A DNA stretch of 64,000 bases from Chloroflexota bacterium (GCA_028875655.1 JAPPCX010000067.1:10019-74018); one strand, 5' to 3'. Numbered from the stretch's first letter, positions 17,554-27,032 are shown. Translations and numbers: made by a program. The notes: generated by a model from the letters alone, not told the origin.

Positions 17554-17814
17554 ATGCCCGACGTTTACTATGCCCGGCCCAGCAACTTCCTTTCCGATCC
17601 CCGTGACCGCACCGTCATCATCGGGGACTCAGAGGACGACGTGCTGCAGAAGATGGTAGCATACCTGAGCAGCGATGAAGCCCGTAGCCGATACCCGGAG
17701 GGTTACATAGAGGATCCCGCGGATCTGGAAAACAATATCCGCAAGTGCATCTTCAGGAAGGGCACCAAGGCCATCCACAACCGCCCGCCGGATGCCGATG
17801 GCGCCCACCACTGA
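17554..17814 (+). CDS. Hypothetical small protein
   Basis: ATG 17554 is preceded by GGAGGAGG. MPDVYYARPSNFLSDPRDRTVIIGDSEDDVLQKMVAYLSSDEARSRYPEGYIEDP... No family recognised. Confidence 0.4.
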   Translation: MPDVYYARPSNFLSDPRDRTVIIGDSEDDVLQKMVAYLSSDEARSRYPEGYIEDPADLENNIRKCIFRKGTKAIHNRPPDADGAHH

Positions 17815-17917
17815 TCTTCGGTCACACCATAGTGCAACCACGCCCCCGCCCAGTCCGGCGGGGGTTCTTCATTGGCAAAGTTGCTGAGTGTGCGGCCCGC
17901 CGCTATACTGCGGCATC

Positions 17918-18607
17918 ATGGCCCTCAATCCCGACGACTTTCCTCCAGACTCCTACACGGAGCTGCCGCTGTTCCCATTGAACAACGTGGTGCTGTTTCC
18001 TGATATGCCGCTGCCGCTGCATATTTTCGAGGAACGGTACAAGGCCATGATCGGCGACTGCGTCCAGCGCGAGGAACCTTTTGGCGTGCTGCTGATCCGG
18101 GAGGGCAACGAGGTTGGCGAGCCGGCCTCGCCCCACGCCGTCGGCACCACCGCCCGCATCGCCCAGGTGCAGCGGCTGGAGGAAGGCCGGCTGAATATCC
18201 TCACGCGCGGCGAGCGACGGTTCGAGCTGCTGGAAACCGTGCGGACGGTGCCGCACCTGGTGGGCCTGGTGCGCTATATCGAGGATGAAGAGGGCGCCGT
18301 TTCGACCACCACCGTGGCCGGCGTACGCGAGCAGTACATCCAGTTGCAGCGCCATCTCACGGCCATGGCCGGCGGCTGGGACCGGGAGGTCTCGGTTCCC
18401 GACAATCCGTCCGAACTGGCGCGGCGGTCGGCGGTGTCCCTGGCCGTCAGCCTGCCGCTGCCGCCGGACGTGCGCCAGGACCTGCTGGAAACCCGCACGG
18501 CGGGCCAGCAACTGGAAAAGCTGCTGACGCTGATGCGCCAGGCCAACCGCATCGTAGCGGAGCAGGTGGAGCAGAACACGCCGTTCAAGGGTGCGCGGCT
18601 GAACTAG
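17918..18607 (+). CDS. LON N-terminal (substrate-binding) domain protein
   Basis: LPLFPLNNVVLFPDMPLPLHIFEERYKAMI...FGVLLIREG...VGTTARI...RLEEGRLNILTRGERRF is the Lon N-domain signature, with no ATPase or protease part. Confidence 0.85.
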   Translation: MALNPDDFPPDSYTELPLFPLNNVVLFPDMPLPLHIFEERYKAMIGDCVQREEPFGVLLIREGNEVGEPASPHAVGTTARIAQVQRLEEGRLNILTRGERRFELLETVRTVPHLVGLVRYIEDEEGAVSTTTVAGVREQYIQLQRHLTAMAGGWDREVSVPDNPSELARRSAVSLAVSLPLPPDVRQDLLETRTAGQQLEKLLTLMRQANRIVAEQVEQNTPFKGARLN

Positions 18608-18665
18608 TGGATTCCCGCTTTCGCGGGAATGACAGGGTGGGAGTTCGGAGTGACGAAGTGATTGT

Positions 18666-19589
18666 TCAAGCGGCGTAGATTCGGCGGGCGCCCATTTCGG
18701 GGACCATGCCGGAGAACAGCTCCGGGTGGATCATTTCGGCCAGTATTTCCAGGCCGGTGACCAGGCGGGGGCCGGACCGGCTGGTGTAGTTGCTGGCGTC
18801 GATGGCGAACACCCGGTTGTTCTGCACCGCGGGCAGTGAATCCCAGCCGTCCTTTTCGGTGAGCAGGGGCACGTCCTGCAAGGCCCGGGGCACTTCAAAC
18901 CCGCAGGGCATCAGCACGATGACCTCCGGCCGGCTCTCCAGCACCGCGTCCCATTCCAGCGGGAACGACCCCAGCTCCTTGTCGCCGAAGCAGTTTTCGC
19001 CGCCGGCCAATTCCACCATCTCCGGAACCCAGTGGCCGCCGCACATCAGAGGGTCGGTCCATTCCAGGTGCAGCACGCGCGGATGGCTGCCAGCCATTTG
19101 AGAGCGTTGCGCAACCGCGTCGATGCGCTCCTGCATCCGCGCCGTCACGTCGTCGGCAACCGCGTCGGCTCCCGTGGCGCGGCCCACGCGGCGCACGTCT
19201 TCCAGCACGTCTCCCAGGTACTGAGGGTCCAGGGACAGCACCTCCGGCTGCTTGGTCATGTTGGCGGTGGACTCGGCAACCTGCCGAGAGGAAACCGCTC
19301 AAACCTCGCAGATGGCCTGGGTCAGCAGGAGGTCGGGGTTGGCCGCGTCCAGGATGTCCTGGTCGATGTGGTAGATGCCCAGGCCCTCCGCCAGCCGTTC
19401 GGAGATGACCCGGCTGATTTCGCCGCTGCTGGGATTGGTGCCCTCGAAAACGCTGCGGACCACCCACGGCTTGTTTTTAGCAGCCGCCGGGTAGTCGCAT
19501 TCGTGGGTCACGCCGTGGAGCTGGTCTTCCAGCCCGAGGGAGTACACAATCTCGGTGGCCGAGGGCAAAAAAGAGCAAATACGCATCAT
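18666..19589 (-). CDS. Cytoplasmic BtuF/TroA-like (class III periplasmic-binding-protein fold) protein with an in-frame TGA at 19299..19301 (candidate selenocysteine; otherwise a nonsense pseudogene)
   Basis: Track ORFs 19299..19589 and 18666..19259 are in the same frame. The joined reading is MMRICSFLPSATEIVYSLGL...HECDYP...DLLLTQAICEV-TGA-AVSSRQVAESTANMTKQPEVLSLDP...HLEWTDPLMCGGHWVPEMVELAGG...VIVLMPCGF...NRVFAIDASNYTSRSGPRLV. There is no signal peptide. Confidence 0.7.
19264..19301 (-). promoter_or_regulatory. SECIS-like stem-loop immediately 3' of the in-frame UGA
   Basis: Minus strand reads UGA-GCGGU-UUCCU-CUCGGCA-GGU-UGCCGAG-UCC-ACCGC. This gives a 5-bp lower stem, an internal loop, a perfect 7-bp upper stem and a GGU apical loop that starts 18 nt after the UGA. 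Confidence 0.5.
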
Positions 19590-19643
19590 GCACCTTACGG
19601 GTAGGCGGTTGGGTTCGCCGGCATTTTAGCATTTCGGGGGTGG

Positions 19644-21629
19644 CTAGTCGCCTTCCGACCGCTGCGGCTGGCGCTCTTCACTCCTCGACTGGTTGGGGTA
19701 GCGCAGGGTTGTGATGCGTTCCTCCAGGATGCGCCAGAGACCCTCCACCGTTTCTTCCGCATCGGCGGCGGCAGCAGGAGCGGCGAACCTGGCCGGCGGC
19801 CGGCCCACCGGTTCGTGCTGCCCGTCGTGCAATGCCGGAGTTTCCACGTCCACCGGCGTGAACACGTCGTCCTGCGCTCTGTCCGACGCCGGGGGGCGCG
19901 CCAGCGGCGTGGTGGGCGCAACGAAAGTCTCGTGGAACGCGGTTTCCAGTACCCGGTGGATATGAAAGCCAACCAATACCAGCAGTCCTGCCGAAGCCAC
20001 CAGCAAGATGATGGGCAAGGGAGCGGACAGGGAACCCAGCGCGAACAGCCGAATGATCAGGGGCAGCAGAGCCACCACGGCCAGCAGTAGCAGCACGGTA
20101 GCCATGCCGTCCTGCATCAGCGTCCGCAGGGTGAAACGCGCGGGTTCTCCGGACCTGGCCCACCGGTTCGCGCCAACGGTCAGGCGCGCGAGGATGCGCA
20201 GTTCCCGCCAGATTGCGATGCTCGGCGGGATTATCAACCCTATCGTCGCGCCGCCGAAAATCAGGCCCAGCAGGTCCTGGGACACCGGCATAATTCCGGC
20301 GAGGAACTCCGGCAGCGTGTACACGGCTATGGTTCCGATGGCGGTCAGGATGGCGATGATCAGGATGTTGATCATTATTTGCCGGACCAGGGTTTTCAGC
20401 ACGCGGCCGGTGCGACCGGGCAGCGAAAATGCCGACCAGAAGGTCCTGATGCCCAGGTGAACCGCCAGATCCATCTCCACTAAAGTCGGCGGAGCCTTGC
20501 GTTTCACCGAGTCGCAAAGGGGCATGGCCAGGCGCGAAGTCAGCGGCGCGAGCACCGAGGTGATGGCGGTAACTATCGCCAGAATCGGCGCGACGATGGG
20601 GCCGGCCACCGCGTCCGCCGCGCTCAGCCGGCCGATAGCCAGCGAGAACTCGCCCATCTGGGGCATGGACATGCCAACCCGCACCGCTTGACGGGAATCC
20701 CGTCCCGACAGCACCGAGCCGATGGTGTTGGCAATCATCTTGCCGGCCATGAACACGCCGACGATCATCAGGGCCGGCAGGATGAAGTCGTCCAGCGTGC
20801 GGTAGTCGAGCAGCATCCCTATGGACATGAAGAACAGCGCGCCGAACATATCCCGCACCGGGCTGACCAGCCGGGTCACGCGACCGGCGGCGTCGGTGTC
20901 GCCGATCACCACGCCGATCAGGAAGGCGCCGGCGGCCGCCGACAGGCCCAGGAACTCCGCGCCGATCGCCAATCCGAAGCAGCAGCCCAGCGAGGCGAGG
21001 AGCAGGGTCTCATCGGACCTGGTGCGGGACAGCAGCCGCATCAGGCGCGGCGCCAGCAGGGTGCCAAAGGCCAGCGCGGCTACTGAGAATATGGCCAGTT
21101 TTCCCACCAGCCAGCTTACGTCGCCCAGTTCCGCGGAGCCGGTGGTGGCGATACCGGCGAGGAGCGTTAACAGGATGACCGCCGCGAAATCCTCCACCAG
21201 CAGGATGCCGACAATGGTTTGTCCCCAGCCCGAACGCAGATTACCGCTGTCGCGCAGCCCTTTCAGCAGGATCGCGGAACTGCTGATTGCCATTGCTCCG
21301 CCCAGATACAGGCCGCTGGCGCCGGAAATGCCCAGCACTTTGTTGGCGATCAGCACGCCCAGCAGGGTCAGCGTGGTGATCTCCACCACGCCGATCACCA
21401 GCACCAGCAGGCCGATTTCTCGGATGCGTCGCCAGCCCAGTTCCAGCCCGATGCCGAACAGTAGCAGGATCAGGCCCAACTCCGCCATCAGTTCGATGGT
21501 GTCCAGGTTGCTGACGACGGGAGTGGGCAGCGTGAATGGGCCGATCAGCAAGCCGGCGGCCAGGTAGCCAAGCACCGGCGGTTGCCAGACCAGCCGGGCG
21601 AAAGCCAGCCCCGCAGCTGCAATGGCCAT
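19644..21629 (-). CDS. Cation:proton antiporter (CPA2/Kef-type) with a long low-complexity C-terminal tail
   Basis: QPPVLGYLAAGLLIGPF...ELGLILLLFGIGLE... and ~12 TM segments. The reading frame stays open ~130 nt upstream of the annotated ATG, but no canonical start lies there. Confidence 0.85.
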   Translation of the reverse strand: MAIAAAGLAFARLVWQPPVLGYLAAGLLIGPFTLPTPVVSNLDTIELMAELGLILLLFGIGLELGWRRIREIGLLVLVIGVVEITTLTLLGVLIANKVLGISGASGLYLGGAMAISSSAILLKGLRDSGNLRSGWGQTIVGILLVEDFAAVILLTLLAGIATTGSAELGDVSWLVGKLAIFSVAALAFGTLLAPRLMRLLSRTRSDETLLLASLGCCFGLAIGAEFLGLSAAAGAFLIGVVIGDTDAAGRVTRLVSPVRDMFGALFFMSIGMLLDYRTLDDFILPALMIVGVFMAGKMIANTIGSVLSGRDSRQAVRVGMSMPQMGEFSLAIGRLSAADAVAGPIVAPILAIVTAITSVLAPLTSRLAMPLCDSVKRKAPPTLVEMDLAVHLGIRTFWSAFSLPGRTGRVLKTLVRQIMINILIIAILTAIGTIAVYTLPEFLAGIMPVSQDLLGLIFGGATIGLIIPPSIAIWRELRILARLTVGANRWARSGEPARFTLRTLMQDGMATVLLLLAVVALLPLIIRLFALGSLSAPLPIILLVASAGLLVLVGFHIHRVLETAFHETFVAPTTPLARPPASDRAQDDVFTPVDVETPALHDGQHEPVGRPPARFAAPAAAADAEETVEGLWRILEERITTLRYPNQSRSEERQPQRSEGD

Positions 21630-21804
21630 TACGATGGCGAAATCCTGCAGGTGCAGAGCGGCCTCTTCCGAGAGGCCGGCTCCGAATATGGACAGGAGTA
21701 TGTCTATGGCGGCGCTATCCTCCGTGCTTCGGGCGAGGCCCGGCGACGAACTCGGCGGTCACGGAAGTGCTTGGGGTCGCCACGGCGACCGAACCGTAAA
21801 GGGG

Positions 21805-22164
21805 TCAACGCTTCTTCCAGGTGTCCACCAGGTAGTTGCCCTGGTCGTCATCCACGCCCCAGATCTTGAAGTGGATGCGGACGTCGGCGTAGAGGCTGAG
21901 GTCGCCCGGAACCGCGTCGGGGTCGCGGTAGGCTTCCGCCGAAACCTCCATGAAGTCCACCGGCGCGTCGTCGGTCAGCGCGATGCGCTCCACCATATTG
22001 ACCGCGCAGGCGGTGATGCCGGACAGGAAGTATTCGCCGGCGCCCACGTAGGCGCCGCCGCTGTCGTCGGCCACCCAGTGGTGATCCCGCGCGTTGCAGA
22101 TTGCCCTGCCGTGGGTGCCCGAACTGTACGTCTGCACCAGGTAGGTCCTTTCCAGTGTAGCCAT
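21805..22164 (-). CDS. OsmC/Ohr family protein
   Basis: 119 aa. ...GGAYVGAGEYFLSGITACAVNMVERIA... The size and the conserved Cys-containing helix fit the OsmC fold. Confidence 0.75.
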   Translation of the reverse strand: MATLERTYLVQTYSSGTHGRAICNARDHHWVADDSGGAYVGAGEYFLSGITACAVNMVERIALTDDAPVDFMEVSAEAYRDPDAVPGDLSLYADVRIHFKIWGVDDDQGNYLVDTWKKR

Positions 22165-22312
22165 GGCATCGCTCCTTGATGTGGTGTCTGCGGCGTTTTG
22201 CTCCCCGTACCGATGCGTTCAAACGCGGTTGAAGCAGGATGGTAGAATATACGAATCATAAACTATAGGCCCATTATCGCCAATCGGCGATACTTGTGGC
22301 TAGCGCGCTTTT

Positions 22313-23047
22313 TTGGAAACGTCCCAAGAACTACAGCAGACCGTCTCCGTTGACGCGGGCCTCGGCGTGGTGGTGGTCGCCGCCGGCCGCAGCACTCGCA
22401 TGGGCGGTACGGACAAGACCTTTGCTGACGTCCACGGCCTGCCGCTGGTGGCGCATACCCTGCGCCGGCTGGCCGGCTCCGGCTCCGTAACCCGCATCGC
22501 GCTGGTCGTCGCGGACAACGCGGTGGCGCGCGCCAGAGCCATGATTGCGGAGCGCCGAATCGACAAAGTGGCGGCGGTCTGCGCCGGCGGGGAACGCCGG
22601 CAAGACTCGGTGTATGCCGGCCTGCTGGCCCTGGGCGATTGCCGATGGGTTGCCGTCCATGACGGCGCGCGACCCTGCATCACCGGCGACGTGCTGGAGC
22701 GCGGGCTGGAAGCGGCGCAACGCTGGTCGGCGGCGGTGGCTGCCGTTCCGGTCAAGGACACCATCAAGGTGGTGGGCGATGATGACGTCGTCGCCAGCAC
22801 GCCGGAACGTTCCACACTGTGGGCCGCGCAAACTCCCCAGGTGTTCGACTACCGGCTCCTGATGCGCGCGCACCGGTCGGCCACGGCGGACTACACCGAC
22901 GACGCGGCGATGGTTGAGGCGCTGGGCCACGCGGTGCGGGTTTTCATGGGCAGCTATGAAAACCTGAAGGTCACCACGCCGGAGGACCTGGTGTTCGTGA
23001 GCCAATTGCTGGCCGGTCCGGACGGCAGCGGCGGGAAAATCCGTTAA
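22313..23047 (+). CDS. ispD: 2-C-methyl-D-erythritol 4-phosphate cytidylyltransferase
   Basis: VVVAAGRSTRMGGTDKTFADVHGLPLVAHTL...GGERRQDSVYAGL...HDGARP...VPVKDTIK...LWAAQTPQVF. The exact start is uncertain. Confidence 0.9.
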   Translation: METSQELQQTVSVDAGLGVVVVAAGRSTRMGGTDKTFADVHGLPLVAHTLRRLAGSGSVTRIALVVADNAVARARAMIAERRIDKVAAVCAGGERRQDSVYAGLLALGDCRWVAVHDGARPCITGDVLERGLEAAQRWSAAVAAVPVKDTIKVVGDDDVVASTPERSTLWAAQTPQVFDYRLLMRAHRSATADYTDDAAMVEALGHAVRVFMGSYENLKVTTPEDLVFVSQLLAGPDGSGGKIR

Positions 23048-23137
23048 TCGACATCCCGTTTCGCTAGCGTTAATGCCGTAGCGCCCGTATCATTTAGATT
23101 GGTAAGACAGCGTTTGTGAAGAAGTGGAGGTTGTCAG

Positions 23138-23578
23138 ATGGCCGCCAACAGCATCAGCCGTGAGCGGTACCAGGAGTATGCGCGTTACCTGCGCGCCAGC
23201 GCGGGCAACCTGAACTTGTCCGTGTCGCCCACTCGGCTGCGGCGTTTGCGTTCCCAGGTAAACGTGGAACGGAACAAGTTCCTCGTCTGGGAAGTGATCT
23301 GGGCTTTGATCGCGCTGGTCACCCTGGCTCCGATGCTTCTGCTCGCCGCGGTCGAGTTCGGTCTGGCGCTGCCGGCGTCCGTCGCCGGGCGTGCCGAAGC
23401 CCTCCATTTCCAGTTTGTCGCGTTGGAGAACGCCCTGGTGGTTGCGGCCGTCATCATGTCGGCGATAATGTTTCCCATCGCCGTAACTACGGCGTTTGCT
23501 CCGATTGTCGCCAATGCCGGCGCCATTGGCGACCTGGAAAACGCGCACCGGGCGCTCAAAGCGGTCGAAAAGCAATAG
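23138..23578 (+). CDS. Hypothetical membrane protein between ispD and ispF
   Basis: Two to three hydrophobic helices (VIWALIALVTLAPMLLLAAVEFGLALP; VVAAVIMSAIMFPIAVTTAFAPIV). No family recognised. Confidence 0.45.
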   Translation: MAANSISRERYQEYARYLRASAGNLNLSVSPTRLRRLRSQVNVERNKFLVWEVIWALIALVTLAPMLLLAAVEFGLALPASVAGRAEALHFQFVALENALVVAAVIMSAIMFPIAVTTAFAPIVANAGAIGDLENAHRALKAVEKQ

Positions 23579-23606
23579 CAGCTCGGTAGTAGCGTCGGAA
23601 AGCGAT

Positions 23607-24086
23607 TTGGACTACCGCGTCGGAACCGGAGCGGACGCCCACGCGCTGGAAGCGGGTCGCGACCTGGTCCTGGGCGGCGTCGCCATCCCTCACACCCACG
23701 GACTTGCCGGCCACAGCGACGGCGACGCGCTCAGCCACGCCATCATCGACGCGCTGCTGGGCGCGGCCGGGGCCGGCGACATCGGCAGGCACTTCCCGCC
23801 CGGCGAGCCGTCCCTGGCCGGAATCAGCAGCCTGCTGCTGCTGGAGCGCACCGCCGGCATCATCGCCGGCGACGGTTGGTGCATCGTCAACGTTGATGCT
23901 ACAATGCTGGCGCAGCGGCCCCGGCTGTCGCCTCACGTGGCGGAAATGCGCGAAAAAATCGCCGCCGCGCTGTCCGTCGAGCCGCCGCAAATCAGCGTCA
24001 AAGCCACCACCACCGACTACCTGGGCTTCACCGGACGGGAAGAAGGCATCGCCGCGACTGCGGTAGCCCTCATCTCCCGCCCCTGA
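23607..24086 (+). CDS. ispF: 2-C-methyl-D-erythritol 2,4-cyclodiphosphate synthase
   Basis: DYRVGTGADAHALEAGRDLVLGGVAIPHTHGLAGHSDGDALSHAIIDALLGAAGAGDIGRHFP...VKATTTDYLGFTGREEGIAA. I chose the TTG start at 23607 for a ~159-aa product. The track ORF begins at 23496 inside the previous gene. Confidence 0.9.
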   Translation: MDYRVGTGADAHALEAGRDLVLGGVAIPHTHGLAGHSDGDALSHAIIDALLGAAGAGDIGRHFPPGEPSLAGISSLLLLERTAGIIAGDGWCIVNVDATMLAQRPRLSPHVAEMREKIAAALSVEPPQISVKATTTDYLGFTGREEGIAATAVALISRP

Positions 24087-24092
24087 TTATCT

Positions 24093-25466
24093 ATGAAACT
24101 CTACAACACCCTGAGCGGACAGGTCGAAAAGTTCGTTCCCGCCGACGCCAACGAAGTCAAAATGTACGTCTGCGGCGTAACCCCGTACTCCGCAACCCAC
24201 GTCGGGCACGCGCTCAGCTACGTCGTTTTCGACACCCTGCGCCGCTACCTGGAATACAAGGGCTACCGGGTGCGCCACATCCAAAACTTCACCGACGTTG
24301 ACGACAAGATCATCCAGCGCGCCCAGGAGAGCGGCGTGTCCGAGGACGAGTTGGTCGAGGAGTTCATCGGCGACTACTTCAGCGCCATGGACGCGCTGAA
24401 CATCCAGCGCGCCGCCGAATACCCCCGCGCCACCCGTGAGATCCCTCGCATCATCGACGCCATTGCCGGCCTGATTGACCGCGGCCACGCCTATCCCACC
24501 GCCGGCGACGTCTATTTCCGCGTGACCAGCAAGGACGACTACGGCAAGCTCAGCCACCGCACGCTGGACAGCATGATCGCCGGCGCGCGCATCCAGGTGG
24601 ACGAAAACAAGGAACACCCCATGGACTTCGTGTTGTGGAAGGGCGCGAAACCCGGCGAACCCTCGTGGGAAAGCCCCTGGGGACCTGGCCGGCCCGGCTG
24701 GCACATCGAATGCACCGCCATGTCGCTGGAGTACCTGGGTGAGCAGCTGGACATCCACGGCGGCGGGCAGGACCTGGTTTTTCCGCACCACGAAAACGAA
24801 ATCGCCCAGAGCGAATGCTACACCGGCGCCAAGCCATTCTCCCGCTACTGGATGCACAACGGCCTGCTGCAACTCGGCTCCGACAAGATGAGCAAATCGC
24901 TGGGCAACCTGGTGTCGGTGGTTGAAGCGCTGGAACGCTACAGCCCAGACGCCATGCGGCTCTATTTTCTGAGCAGCCACTACCGCAGCCCCCTGGCCTA
25001 CAGCGACGAGGGGGCGGCCGCCATCGAACGCAGCCTTGACCGCATCCGCCACGCCCTGACGCCAAGCAACGGCTCCGGCCCGCAGGTGAACCCGTCCTCC
25101 CATGCCGCCCGGTTTGCCACCGCCATGGACGACGACCTCAACACCCCCCAGGCCGTGGCCGCGCTCTTCGACCTGGCCCGGGACATCAACCGGGGCCGCG
25201 ACGCCGGACAGCGGATTGACGAAGGGCAGGCCACCTTGCGCGAGTTGGGCGGCGTGCTCGGCCTCACCTTTGCCGAACGCGCCAGCAGCGATACCGAGCT
25301 GGCCGCCGCGCCGTTCATCGACCTGCTGGTATCCGTCCGCTCCGACCTGCGCGCCGCCCGCCAGTTCGCCCTGGCCGACCAGATCCGCGACGGCCTGGCC
25401 GAGCAGGGCGTGGCGCTGGAGGACAGCGCCCAGGGCACCCAGTGGCAATACCAGAGTCCGGACTAA
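24093..25466 (+). CDS. cysS: Cysteine--tRNA ligase
   Basis: MKLYNTLSGQVEKFVP...MYVCGVTPYSATHVGHA (HIGH-type), WHIECTAM, KMSKSLGN. Confidence 0.95.
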   Translation: MKLYNTLSGQVEKFVPADANEVKMYVCGVTPYSATHVGHALSYVVFDTLRRYLEYKGYRVRHIQNFTDVDDKIIQRAQESGVSEDELVEEFIGDYFSAMDALNIQRAAEYPRATREIPRIIDAIAGLIDRGHAYPTAGDVYFRVTSKDDYGKLSHRTLDSMIAGARIQVDENKEHPMDFVLWKGAKPGEPSWESPWGPGRPGWHIECTAMSLEYLGEQLDIHGGGQDLVFPHHENEIAQSECYTGAKPFSRYWMHNGLLQLGSDKMSKSLGNLVSVVEALERYSPDAMRLYFLSSHYRSPLAYSDEGAAAIERSLDRIRHALTPSNGSGPQVNPSSHAARFATAMDDDLNTPQAVAALFDLARDINRGRDAGQRIDEGQATLRELGGVLGLTFAERASSDTELAAAPFIDLLVSVRSDLRAARQFALADQIRDGLAEQGVALEDSAQGTQWQYQSPD

Positions 25467-25496
25467 CGGCTACCGACTGGACATACCCGCCCCACC

Positions 25497-26939
25497 GTGT
25501 CCGCGCTCCCACACCCGGCCCATCCCATCGACTGGCGTGACGTTGGCGACCAACTCGCGCAAATCGTCGGCGCGAAACACGTCCTGGCTGATCCCGATTC
25601 CATTGACCGTTACTCCGCCGACGCGCTCACGCCTTACCGCGCCTACTATGCCGACGCCGCCTTTGACCGCCTGGCCGACCTGGTCGTCCGGCCCGCCGAC
25701 ACCGAGCAAGTCGCCCGGGTTGTCGCCCTCGCCCAACAAGGCGGCATTCCGGTCATTCCCTACGGCGGCGGCACCGGCGTTATGGGCGGTATTCTCCCCG
25801 TGCAGGGCGGCATCATCCTGGACGTCAGCCGGCTTAACCGTCTGCTGAATGTTGACCCGCGGTCGCTGACCGCCGAAGTCCAGGCCGGCATGGTGCTGCA
25901 GGACCTCTACGACGGCCTGAAACCCTACGGCCTGATGCCGGGGCACGACCCTTACAGCGTGCCCATCGCCACCGTCGCCGGCGCCATCTCCACCAACGGC
26001 GTCGGGTACCGCGCCTCCGCATTCGGGCCCATGGGCGACCAGGTGGTGGCCCTGGAAGTCGTGCTGCCCGACGGGCGCGTCATCGAGACCCGTCCCGTGC
26101 CCAAGCAGTCCACCGGCCCCAATCTCAACCACCTGTTCATCGGGTCGGAGGGAGTTTTCGGCGTAATCACCCGGGCCACGGTCAAGGTATTCCGTCAGCC
26201 TGAGGCCAACGCCTATGCCACGGTGGAATTCGCCGATTTCGCGGACGGTTTCGCCGCCGTCTCGGAAATGACGGCGCTGGGCATCCGGCCGGCCCTGCTG
26301 GACTTGACCGAAGACGGCGAGGGCATCCTGCTGCACCTGCTCTTCGAGGGGTTCCGCGAGGGAGTGGACGCCGCCCGGCAAAGGACAATGAAAATCTGTG
26401 CTGCCGCCGGAGGGTGGAACGTCGGTCCGGAGCCAACCCTCGACTACTGGCGACACCGCCACGATTCCGCCCTGAACTATCGCGAAACTGCGCTGGGCCG
26501 GCCACGCACAGAACGCTGGCGGCGACAGTGGGGCCGCACCTTCGACTACCTCCACATGAGCCTGCCCACCGACCGCGTGCTGGAATACCGCCGGCAGGCT
26601 GACGAATTGCTGGCGGCCCGCAAAATCCACGTGGTTGAGTATTGCCTGTGGAGCCGGCCGGAGTTCTTTTCCATGCTGGTGGTGCCGGACGGCGACCGCC
26701 GCGTGAATGGGCGTGACGATTATGATGCCGACGTGCGCGCCAAGCTGGCTGCCGGCGTGGACGAGGTGCTCACGCTGGCCCAGGACATGGGCGGCGTCAT
26801 GGAGTACTGTCACGGCGTCGGCGTCAAGCTGCGCCACCTGTTAGAACGCGAACTCGGCGTCAGCCGCGATGCCATGCGGGACATCAAGCGCGCGCTGGAC
26901 CCCGCCGGGATAATGAACCCCGGCAAGCTGGCGCTGTAG
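25497..26939 (+). CDS. FAD-linked oxidase (GlcD/alkyl-DHAP-synthase-like, FAD_binding_4 + C-terminal oxidase domain)
   Basis: PADTEQVARVVALAQQGGIPVIPYGGGTGVMGG...GLMPGHDPYS...TVAGAISTNGVGY...EYCHGVGVKL...DPAGIMNPGK. Confidence 0.9.
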   Translation: MSALPHPAHPIDWRDVGDQLAQIVGAKHVLADPDSIDRYSADALTPYRAYYADAAFDRLADLVVRPADTEQVARVVALAQQGGIPVIPYGGGTGVMGGILPVQGGIILDVSRLNRLLNVDPRSLTAEVQAGMVLQDLYDGLKPYGLMPGHDPYSVPIATVAGAISTNGVGYRASAFGPMGDQVVALEVVLPDGRVIETRPVPKQSTGPNLNHLFIGSEGVFGVITRATVKVFRQPEANAYATVEFADFADGFAAVSEMTALGIRPALLDLTEDGEGILLHLLFEGFREGVDAARQRTMKICAAAGGWNVGPEPTLDYWRHRHDSALNYRETALGRPRTERWRRQWGRTFDYLHMSLPTDRVLEYRRQADELLAARKIHVVEYCLWSRPEFFSMLVVPDGDRRVNGRDDYDADVRAKLAAGVDEVLTLAQDMGGVMEYCHGVGVKLRHLLERELGVSRDAMRDIKRALDPAGIMNPGKLAL

Positions 26940-26968
26940 CGCCAGTCAATCAGTGGGCGTTGACGTCA

Positions 26969-26995
26969 GGGGTGGGCTGCGAACCCGCCCCTTTT
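26969..26995 (+). terminator. Rho-independent terminator after the FAD-linked oxidase gene
   Basis: ggggtggg-ctgcgaa-cccgcccc followed by tttt (one G-U pair). Confidence 0.6.
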
Positions 26996-27032
26996 GCATA
27001 CCCCAACTTTCGCCAGAATCTGCGATTGGCTA

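Noticed and set aside
19678-21567. ORFs 19678..20517 (-, alternate frame) and 20821..21567 (+)
   Set aside because: They are an alternate frame and the antisense of the Kef-type antiporter, whose own frame shows about 12 TM helices.
24087-26837. Two long minus-strand ORFs (24087..25448, 25470..26837)
   Set aside because: They are antisense to cysS and the FAD-linked oxidase, both of which carry unambiguous family motifs on the plus strand.
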